Source: Ascidiella aspersa
Taxonomy: Eukaryota
Length of the DNA: 64,000 bases
Direction of reading: 5' to 3'
NCBI GenBank assembly: GCA_963924565.1
Contig: OZ004608.1
Coordinates: forward strand, 32,674,001-32,738,000
In this document: in pieces, positions 26,102 through 35,687 of the stretch
Position numbering within the stretch: the stretch's first letter is position 1
Layout: the number at the start of each line of letters is the position of its first letter
Notes under the pieces: model-generated
The model's database searches: none
Told to the model about the DNA's origin: nothing
Seen by the model: the letters and a program-made list of their open reading frames with translations, nothing else
Made by a program: the position numbers and the translations under genes

Positions 26102-27270
26102 ATGGGAACCGTTTACATACACTCCCAATCGGACAGCGACTACGTGACATTAATTGGGCCCTGTGAATATTAGTTAAATGAGTGCATGAGAAACCTGTGC
26201 AATGACATTATTCCTACTTTGTTAAAAATATGAAACATACATTTATAAACGTGTATAACAACTGTGATTTATCCCTTCTGAAGTCGTCGGTTGGTAAATA
26301 TATTAGTGATTTCAATGTCTAGCTGCAGCCGTACCTGTTGGCATTTATTATGGAGAGTTGATTTAAGCATTTCGATCCACTGTGAATGGCTGTTGAATTG
26401 TATTCAAATAAACGCACTAAATAAAGACATGTTGCTTATTTTTCCTTGTGCTGAAATTTCCGTGCTACTTTTGCTTTTTTTTATCTTAAATTTTGTCACG
26501 ATCGCTCTTCCACGATTTTTAAAACACAAAAAGCGGGAAATGCACCTTCACAATCGATTAAACAAAACTCGGTGCGTTCTAGTAAAAAACATACAAAATT
26601 AAAACTATATGATTACGTGTTTAATGTTAATGATTCATTTTATAAACAGGGTTATTTTGTGCAGAAAAACAATCGATAAACGAATATGTTTTTATCTTAA
26701 GCTTTAAATGCACAGAAATAAACGAGATTTCCTAAGGGTTTTAAACCTCTACACGCCTCTTGTTTAGCATTGCAATTTTTTTTAAGTTATTGTTAAAACA
26801 AAATAAAAACAGAAAATAACAGGGTGGTATGTGTTTAATTTAAACTGGTTGCTGATGTTGCGACCAATATGTTACACCAAAGTTTCAGGACTCTCTACTA
26901 ACGGCCTGACGGATGCCTGAGCACTACACGAGACTTATCTGTGTTGTATATAATAAAGGGCGATACAGGCAAACTAACATATAAAACCTTAAACAATAAA
27001 AGGGCGTAATATAAAGCAGCCAACGACCAAAATCGGGCGTAAACGACGACGATCTAAAAAGGTGGTAATCCCAGCCTTGCCAAGCCTGACCGTCGACTAC
27101 CATAAAGCATTCCCAAAACTACATGTCATGCGAAAAAGGTGCGATGGCTACAGTAACGTAAAAATAAAAAGGTGTTAACAGCAAACGTGATAAGATAAGG
27201 TATAAACAGAAAAGGTAAGGTGCAGAAGTGAAGAGGCAAGAAATGTTAAGTGAGTGACAACGCAATAGTG

Positions 27271-27710
27271 CAGTGTTTCTTAAACTGGTGAATGGTTCAC
27301 CCCAGGGTGAACAAAATTTTTGCAGGGGTGAACCAATCAAAAGGGGTGAATAAGGGTGAACCGTCAGAAATGTATGATAGCTCTGCAGTAAATCGACTAC
27401 TGAACTGATGTTTTTTGGTGTTTTTTTGCTTATTGTAATAGTGAAGTTGGTTTGCACTGAGTGATTGTACAAAAATTTGGTGACTGTGTTTTGTGCTTTT
27501 GTAGCTTTATATTTCTGGATTCGAGAAATTGTAGATTTGCAGTGGTAAAACTTAGCTTGAGTTGATCTTAACAAAAATCGAAACCAACCTAAATCATTTT
27601 GTGCTGTTATATATGACGAGATAGTTTTATCATATCATTAGACAAGGGTGAATGAAATCTGGAGATCGATGTTAGGGGTGAACAAAACTAAAAAAGTTTA
27701 AGAAGCACTG
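27271..27710. mobile_element. hAT MITE with GGGTGAA subterminal repeats
   Basis: TIRs CAGTGTTTCTTAAACT ... AGTTTAAGAAGCACTG; TSD CAATAGTG/CAATAGTA. Confidence 0.85.
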
Positions 27711-28499
27711 CAATAGTAAACATAAGGCGAAAACAACACACAACAAACGATAAAACATTTTGTGCAACAAATACACTTTACTATTGTAGCGACTTAAGAT
27801 GTCCAATTCTCATAGGCGTACCCTTTGTTCGTTTTAGAATAGGGACAATGGCAATTATTGTGCAGACGCGAGCTTGACGCACTTACCAAGGTGTGAAAAT
27901 GCTAACGAGGCTCCTTAATGCGCTTTCTTTGTGTATGCTAAGATTCAACGAATAAGGCGCTATTCTTCAAGGCGAAACCGCAAGAAAACACGTTTAGCGG
28001 GTATAGGGCGTATTTCTCTTCGTGCCTTCTACACCACATGATACAGAACGGAACTGTTTGTAACAACGTGGGGGGTGTTGTTTCAGCAACCGGTCTACTG
28101 TAGTGTAATAGGCCATGGTGACCCTTTAGAAGTCTATTGAGGCCTGTGTTTGTTGTGGCTTTAAAGAGCTTTCGAAAATTTATTTTTTCAATTCTTTCCT
28201 ATTGGTAAAACGAGCCAACTTTTTTGCTGTTGAAACCGCCATATTTACCAGTAATAAAGTTGGGAAAAATAGACAACATCGTGTTGGAATATTTGCCTTT
28301 GCGCTTTTAGGAGCGGCGCGGCCATTCAAACTGTTCATGGTGTTTGAAATAGGAGCCGAACGGCAAATGGGCAGGCCTAGGTGATACTGGTCTTTGTAGT
28401 GTTGAAAATATTTTAGCTTTGCAAAGATTTCGCAATGGAATAAACCTTACAATTAGATGAATAAATTAGTGAAACTGGGTCAAAATTTGGTGGTGCTTT

Positions 28500-28689
28500 A
28501 AAATGTAACCCCATTTTACAAAAATAATGCTTAATAAAAACACTTTATTTCAAGTAAAGCCACCATAAGTCCAAAAGACTTAAGTCAAGTCAAGTTATTT
28601 GTACAAACAACTTAAGTCAAGTCAAGTCATTTAAAAAGTGCCTTAAGTGCCCCTAATTCTAGTTATTGACGTCAGTCATTAAAACACTG
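28500..28689. mobile_element. AAGTC-repeat MITE 3' fragment
   Basis: GACTTAAGTCAAGTCAAGT arrays ending CATTAAAACACTG. Confidence 0.6.
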
Positions 28690-29260
28690 CTAGGTGCTCA
28701 CTTAACTCAATTGTTATTCTCCCATAGCGAAAATCACCAACCCCCAATCGACCATTGTCCAACGTCATCTCGAGTGTACGTCAGCTGGTGAATGGCTCGC
28801 ACCTGGCATACAGCCAACTTGTTATGATAAGCGAGTTATCGGGCGCTTTGGCCCGGTTAAAATCAATAAGTATTTAACTGCCTTACAAAGAGGTGCGGTC
28901 ACCCAAAGCGCAGGATGTTTTTCTTTGAGTGAATCGCGCCACATATTTTGTATTTAAATCCAAACCAAAGTCCGAATTGAAGCCCGGTATAGCTGGTAGC
29001 GGGGTGAAAAAAAATGATTAAAAGAATCAACTAACTAAAAAACTTTTTACATTTAACTTCTATATTTAGCATCATCAGTATGAGGTTGCCACAAAATTTT
29101 ATAAAAATATTCATAAAAAATGTTTCAGTCTTTAAAGGCCTGAAATCAGATCACAAGAGACGTTTTGAATACAATTTAAAAAAATCAGGGTGGACGCCAT
29201 TGTTCACAGTCACACATTCCAAATGTATTGTTGAAACATTGACACTTTCTAAATACAGTA

Positions 29261-29702
29261 CAATGGTGGTTCTCACACTTTTTCACCCCGTTTGTTTTGT
29301 AACTATAATAATGCTGTTGAAGCTGTTGAATGTTTGACTGTCAATCACATTTCATACAGACATGCGCCTGTTAGTATTATTCAGTGTTTCTTAGTTTTTT
29401 TGGCAAGGACCCAATTACAAAGCGTAATTTTAAAAAGTGACGACCCAATACTTTTCACTATACGGTCTGCAAGCTTAAAGAAGTGACTAAAGAAAAACAA
29501 AACAATATAACAATATTAAAAACAGTTGTCATCAATTGGACCGTGCCTTCGTATTCTTTCGCAATTTAGGTAAATTTGAAGAAATTTTGCTCAGAACCAA
29601 TCCTAATAAGTTTAGCATGTGCTGAACTACTGCAGTGGGCGATCCAACAAAATCGAACACCGACAAAACTTTTGGTCGCGACCCATGGGTTACGAAACAC
29701 TA
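29261..29702. mobile_element. Degenerate hAT-type MITE
   Basis: GTGGTTCTCACACTTTTT at the left, GGTCGCGACCCATGGGTTACGAAACACT at the right; internal GACCCA motifs. Confidence 0.45.
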
Positions 29703-30004
29703 TTATAATTTATCAGATAATAAATTCAAAAAACATTATGCGAAGCGTTTAAACTTATTTACAGTCACCCCAGTGTGGCAATCAATTCTCCATGAAATCG
29801 ACCAAATCCTCGTACAGTTGAAACTGTAGTGCACAAAAAGATACAGTTCAAACTGAACAGATAACGCTGAAAAACGATGAATCCCGTGGGTCCAGACTAT
29901 TCGCCAGGTGTTGAAAAGCACTTGACATGAGAGGCGAGAAGTCCAACAAAATGATGCAAAGTAAACTTTCGCACCTTCAAAAGAAGCGTTGCTACAAAGT
30001 AAAC

Positions 30005-30340
30005 CGGTGTTGCAATGCCGTAAGTGACTTGACTGAAGCGCACGGTTTTCAAATGACTTGAGCTACCTTCGGTATTTCGGACAAATGACTTGATTGGACT
30101 TCAATCATTGTGTCAAATAACTAGATGTCAAATTAAGTGTTGTCAATATTATTTTTTTTAAATTGGGGTATTTATTTCAATGCTTTCCACGTATACAGTA
30201 TATTGCATTTTCGTTATTTTTTAGTTAAGATTCTCGCCATTTACGGACGAGTTTACCAATTTTAATAGTTTAACGTGTTATTTTTTTTGCTAATGGCTTA
30301 ATAAAGTTGACTTGCTCTTATAATGATTGACTGGGACTGT
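30005..30340. mobile_element. AAGTC-repeat MITE, degenerate copy in reverse orientation
   Basis: CGGTGTTGCAATG..AAGTGACTTGACT and further GACTT arrays, reverse-colinear with 25373-25833. Confidence 0.55.
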
Positions 30341-30402
30341 TTAGCTTTCGAAAAGTATCGTTTTGTTATTCGCCACAAATTACTGGTATGATTCTTATAA
30401 AC

Positions 30403-30842
30403 CAGGGATTCCCAACCTTTTTAAGATCTCGTACCATTTGGACGCTCTGTAGTGTCACGCGTACCACTTCTTGCAGAACAACTAACTTGATCGAATCTTA
30501 TTTTTATGTATTTTAAGCTTACAACTAGCATTATTCAACGCTATTTGTAGCTTTTAAGCTGTAAAACAGTAAATTATATATTTAAGAGCAATCATTTGAC
30601 TACGCTTTCCAAATCAACTGTGCTCCTTGTTGACAATTGACATGGCTTGTATTTTGAAGATCGCATTGTTTCGAAACAATAGGAATAGTTACGTAACAAT
30701 AAGAATGGGCTTCGGGGAATTTTTTTTATGTAAACAAAACCAGATAAACAAAATATAAAGTTGTGAATCCAGGGTTTTGTGCAAAAATCGGAGGCTACTC
30801 GCGTACCACCTGAAAAACCTTACCACAGGCTGGGAACCCCTG
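30403..30842. mobile_element. hAT MITE (440 bp)
   Basis: TIRs CAGGGATTCCCAACC ... GGCTGGGAACCCCTG; perfect TSD TTATAAAC; CGTACCA subterminal repeats. Confidence 0.87.
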
Positions 30843-31490
30843 TTATAAACAAACGAAGCAAAATGTAAAAGCATTTTCTAAACATAGTGTGGACCTTCCG
30901 TCACTGAAACATCATCACCATCGCAAGGAAATTGTTCGCATTATGTTCAAAAGTTTATTTCGTTTCACTATAAACAGGGAGTAAATTGAACAGACATGTT
31001 GAAAGAAATGTTGACACAAGAGCACGCTTGTCAAGTCAACACTTTCAAATTCCAATACCGAAAAATGAAAAACTTTCTCCAAAGTGCAAAGCTTAAGGAC
31101 CGCTGTTGTATTAGTTTCAGACAGTCGGATTTTGGTGATAAATCTCTGATGGAATACACAAGATTTGCACAGGTGCCACTCGACGCCTCTTTGCCAAAGC
31201 ATTGTCCTAGGACAAGGCGCCATTGTCTGGATTTTGAATGTAAACAAGTACATGTCGGCTCGTAGAACGAAACTACAATCGCGGTCGTACTCCAACTTCA
31301 GGCTAAACCTCATGCAAATAGAATAGTTTAATGAATTTCGAGCACAAATTCATAAACATGTTTTTGATGTAAGTACAACTAATAAGATTGGCCAAAAAGT
31401 GGCAGCAATTGGAACCTGATTTTGCATTAAGTAAAATATAATAGTTGTCAAATGTAAACCACGATTCGATAATATCGGACCTCTCTAGTC

Positions 31491-31804
31491 CAGGGGTTGT
31501 TGTCAACGCGAAGCCCCTTAACAATTTGAACTAGGTTCGACTTGCAGTTATTAGAAAAAACGTGTGAAGTTGACATCATAAAACAATAGACTTAAAAAAC
31601 CTGCAGTCTAACAAATGCGAAACTGAAATAAAGTTTAAATACATTTAAGAAGTAGGCGAAGCTTTGTTTTAATTAAACTTTTTAAAATTTTTTTTTTCCA
31701 TTTTTCAAGTACTACACCTAGATTTCGATTGGTACTTCATTGACCCCTAAAACTAGCCCACGTGCCCCCAAAGGGGTCAATGGGCACCAGTTTAAGAACC
31801 CCTG
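31491..31804. mobile_element. hAT MITE
   Basis: CAGGGGTT ... AGTTTAAGAACCCCTG; TSD CTCTAGTC/TTCTAGTC. Confidence 0.7.
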
Positions 31805-31876
31805 TTCTAGTCAGAGTCAAAAAACTTGTCATTCAATTTGACAATTCAACACACGGTAAAGTCTTGGAAATAAAGG

Positions 31877-31882
31877 TTTATT
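31877..31882 (-). terminator. Candidate polyadenylation signal of the latrophilin-like gene
   Basis: AATAAA on the minus strand about 760 nt after the stop, following a U-rich 3' UTR, with a GU-rich GTGTGTTG tract downstream. Confidence 0.4.
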
Positions 31883-32638
31883 AATATATATCGAGAGAGA
31901 GAGAAAGTTGGAGAAGAAAGAGAGAAAACAAAACGTTCCGCATGACCGCCTTAGGAACGCAAAGGCTTCTTTCGCACGGGGGAATACCCACCGGGGGTCC
32001 GGGGAAGTGCATGGGTACAGTGCCAAAAAAAGTGGGTGAAAAACGCAACAATACGGCGGGGCGCGCGAGTTGGATAAACGAACATCGGACAAGCACTAAC
32101 ACAAACGCAAAAAATAGGAATAAAAAAACAAACTCGGATGATGGAGTTGTATTTATGACGGGGAATTCCTCCGAAAGCGTAGATAACGACAAACACAAAA
32201 AATATTTCAAAAAAACGCATTTTTTGTGTTTTCACCCAGGCATTCGTGGGTCGCAGTGAAGTTGCTTTGTATAATATGCAATAGTGCTGACTGTAGCATA
32301 AAAAAGAACAAGCAAAAACAAGAGAAAAGACTAAAACAGCGGGACGAGACAGCAAACGCAAAAAAAATGGAACATAAAGCAAAAAAAAAAAAAACTAAAC
32401 AGAAAGCATGCTCTATCGAGAAAGCGTCGCCGACTAAAACGTAAACAGTTTAACAAGCAGGCGTCCATAAATAGCTCAAGCGCACAAAATAAACAAAAAC
32501 AATATCTAACTGATTATGCTAAAAGAAAAACGGAAATAGGGAGTTGTCAAACGCAAATCTGTCAAACAGACGCAAAAAAACTACGCGGAAAATAATGCAA
32601 TAGTCGATTTTTTAGGGGTACTTAGGGGGGGGGGGGCA

Positions 32639-34209
32639 TTATAGGCACGTCATCATGCGGGCGGACCCAGCTGAGTTCCTTCCCGCGTCCGGGTCGTTGT
32701 CGCCATGGTGATGCGACTGGGATAGCAACGACGACGCGTTGCTAGGCGAGTGGTGATCGCTGTAGCGATTTTCCGACCGCTCTGCTGCGTCGGGATAGCG
32801 CCTGTCGGTTGTGTCGGGCTCGTCGGCCGGGTGCTTGATGATCATGTCCTCGTAGACACGCTCCTTATTCCTGGCCGGGTTTCTAGACGCCTTAAAGGCC
32901 ATTGGAGGAGAGAGAACATAGCGAGGCTGCTGTTGCTGAGGCTTGTCAGTCTGTCGGGCTGCCGGCCTCTTTTGTCTGTACGTATCGTCATCACCACTTG
33001 GAAGTTCGCCGCTGCAGCCGCTCGAAGGTGAGCTGTAGTTGTGGTTGCTCGGGCTTCCTGAGAGCTCGTTCATGCTCTGGTAGAAGGCAGAGTCGCGCTG
33101 GTTGTCCAGGAGGCCCTTCTTGGCGCGCGAGATGCCGTCTTCTTCATTGTTCTCGCTCGGATCGGCCAGAGTTAGCCTCTGAACCTCGAGATCGGTTTCA
33201 TCTCTGTGGCTGTGGGTGTGGTATAAGGGGGTCCACGGCTCCCGGTGTCGCTCCTGTTGGACATCCGAACCTCCGCGCTCCTGTCCTTCATGGATGATGC
33301 TCTCGGACATCATGGAGGAGCGCGTCATGGCTCCTCGGCTCAGGGAAGCAGGATTCCCGCAGGAGGATCCGGCGCTACTGCTCGCGCTAAAATCGTTCAC
33401 AATTGGGTCATCCGAGTCCGAGCTGTTCAAGGACCGTCTTCTCCTGCTCCCGTTGCCATGGATACGGGAGGCGTGGAGCGGCTCAAGGGAGGGACGTTCC
33501 TGCTGCTGGCGGTAGTGCCCCGGATGCGGAGGCGGCTCTGGTGGTCCGTAGCAAGCGTCGCGGCAGCGCTCTTGCGGTGCGTGTTGGGGACAGGGCTGAG
33601 CTGGATGCGAGAATCTTCTAGAAGGGGAGGAGGGTCTTCTGTCTTCCCATTGGCGAGCAGGTTGCTGTGCCAACGTGCTGGAGCGCTGGAACTGAGCGGC
33701 GTGTCTTTCTTCCCCATCAACGACGTGCTTGCCTTGGTGGTGATGCGACGACTTTAGGGGGTTCATGGTCATGGAGCGGGGTTGGGGTCGCGGGGGGTTA
33801 TTCGTGGGGTTAGGGCGGGGGTAGTGGCCGGTGTGGTGCCGGTGGGTGCACTCGGCGTCGGGGGAGTGGTACAGCTGGACGCAGTCGCGACTACAGGCCT
33901 CTGTCATGTGGCAGTGGCGTTGAAGACGGTCGTACTCGAACTCCTCTTCGCCGATCAATTCGGGCGGAAATTCGCGAGCTTTGGCCGGGAGGAAAACTTC
34001 ATCTTCATGGCCTTCCGGAGCCGCGTGATCCTGTTGTTGGGAGGTGGGGGACGGGATCAGCTTCTTTTGCTCCGGGTCGAGGAGCCGCTCGGCGCTGGCC
34101 CGCCGCAGTTGCTGGGGTGACGAAGAAGAGGGAAATTGCTGAGTTGCGCTATGACGTTGCTGGCCAAGGGCGCGGTTCATTTGCTGCTGTGGCTGCTGCT
34201 GTTGTTGTT
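32639..34209 (-). CDS. ADGRL: Latrophilin-like adhesion GPCR, terminal exon: long low-complexity cytoplasmic tail ending in PDZ-binding motif (MMTCL*)
   Basis: Acceptor CTTCTCTCCCGCTTTACAG, phase 1; ~523-codon GC-rich open frame; RDSAFYQSM and terminal xxTxL recall latrophilin RDSLYTSM...LVTSL. Confidence 0.85.
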
Positions 34210-34795
34210 CTGTAAAGCGGGAGAGAAGATTTAGAATTTTCCAGAAGCGTAAAAGGGGAATTTGAAGCACTGTCTTTTGGATGGATTGAACAAAAGGGTG
34301 GAATTCATAAAAGGTTGCGTTGTTCAACATGCAGACAAAATTGGTGGGTTATAAACTGCTAGGGTTTAGTTAGGAATGTAGCACGTCAATTGCACTGGGG
34401 CCACAAATAAATGTTGCTTGGTTTCTTTGAAAACATCATGTCTCAAGCATATGTTGATGACAGTTTGAATGTGAATGCATGGTTTCTGGCATGAAATGCT
34501 GGTGATGTTAGTAGTAAAATGTGGCTGCAAAAACTTGCATGACAAATGACGCCGATGATGATAACATGCCTAAATATGGTTGCAATGAAGGTAGTTGACA
34601 ATCAAAAACAGGGCACATGCCGCTTTCTGAGGACAGCAAACGTTTTATCGATCCACGCGAATACGCAAGTGGGTTTTCTCGACAAATCTTTTCAACGTCC
34701 AAAAACGTTACGTTACACGTTACGACGTTAACCACAGAGCGTACCAAAAAACGACCATTCCATAGCTGTACGACACAGTTAACGTGCGCACGTAC

Positions 34796-34993
34796 CAACG
34801 CGACTCTTTACCGCCAGCGTGCGGGCGCGGCTCGGGCTGGCGGAGGCCGAGCGAGCGCCGCTAGGTGGCGAAGGCGATTCGTTGAGCGGGTAGAAATAGA
34901 GAATGGACGAGGATGTGGTGCCGAAGCCGCGACTTCGGAGAGTGGCGCATCGCATGCGAGGATTGGTTAGCAAGCGCTGGGCGCATTTGGACG
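34796..34993 (-). CDS. ADGRL: Latrophilin-like GPCR, symmetric (phase 1-1) 198-nt cassette exon
   Basis: Acceptor CCACCTTTCAG, donor G|GTACGT; open frame SKCAQRLLTNPRMR...ESPSPPS...; LLTNP recalls the latrophilin-1/2 tail motif. Confidence 0.65.
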
Positions 34994-35480
34994 CTGAAAG
35001 GTGGTGGAATATTTGACAAGGGATGCTTTTTAACTTGCGATAATTGTTCGATAAAAAGGAGGCCTATTTTCGGGGAAAGATGGGCTTTGTATCGTTGATT
35101 GGGGATTTAAAGGATACTGGGGACAAATAAATCTTATTAGCAGCAGGGTGTCGTTTAGCGACTAAATAATGAATTCTGTATATAAAACTTGTGCTATTTT
35201 GAAAATAAAGTATTGTATTTTGCTGGTGAGAGGTGTATATTTAGCGCGTGGATTTAGTGAGTAAAAGATACGTTCTATTTTGTGGATTATGCGGGCTACC
35301 TTCATGTAGTAAACTAATGTAATTTCAAGTTTTACCATTTTACAAAAAAAGGCGACAATGCGCAAAAAACAAAACTGACTGGGTTAGTATCAATGTGGAA
35401 CAATTAGCTTGCAACAAACGACTAAAACTTTGTCCTAATTGTCTTCCACGGAGGTAAACAGCTTTTTCCTGACAAGCGGC

Positions 35481-35571
35481 ATGAGCCATGATCCGTGAGC
35501 GGTTAATGAGTGACAAATAGTGTGAGTGGGCGTCATATGATGGCCGTGGGTGCGTGAGCGCGTGGTGGTGG
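35481..35571 (-). promoter_or_regulatory. Intronic YCAY cluster (Nova-type splicing element)
   Basis: 14 YCAY tetramers in 91 nt, starting just after the GTAAGT donor at 35578 on the pre-mRNA strand. Confidence 0.65.
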
Positions 35572-35578
35572 CACTTAC

Positions 35579-35687
35579 GCAAGGCTCTGGGCGGTTAAGT
35601 ACACTGTGACGTCACAAGAGGCTCAGTAGACGTCATCGACGCGCGGCGTTTTGCTTCCGGTGCTGACGGTGCTCGAGTCACACCATT
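35579..35687 (-). CDS. ADGRL: Latrophilin-like GPCR, 109-nt alternative exon with in-frame stop (NGVTRAPSAPEAKRRASMTSTEPLVTSQCT*)
   Basis: Acceptor CTCACTTCAG, donor GC|GTAAGT; GC-rich; length converts phase 0 to phase 1, but TAA lies at 35597-35595. Confidence 0.55.

Noticed and set aside
26640-26960. Possible Helitron-associated repeat fragment
   Set aside because: Only a vague resemblance; no terminal hairpin/CTRR end or second copy in the window.
27119-27574. 151-aa minus-strand ORF
   Set aside because: Spans a MITE boundary and has no recognisable domain or splice support.
30915-31313. Overlapping 132-aa and 89-aa ORFs between the two genes
   Set aside because: No domain, codon bias or splice context I can support; may be intergenic or extended UTR.
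32750-34120. Several plus-strand and alternative-frame ORFs of 70-170 aa
   Set aside because: Shadows of the GC-rich minus-strand latrophilin terminal exon.
34210-34330. N-terminal 40 aa of the 563-aa ORF as a standalone gene start
   Set aside because: AT-rich intronic sequence upstream of a clear acceptor at 34210; the ORF is better explained as a terminal exon.
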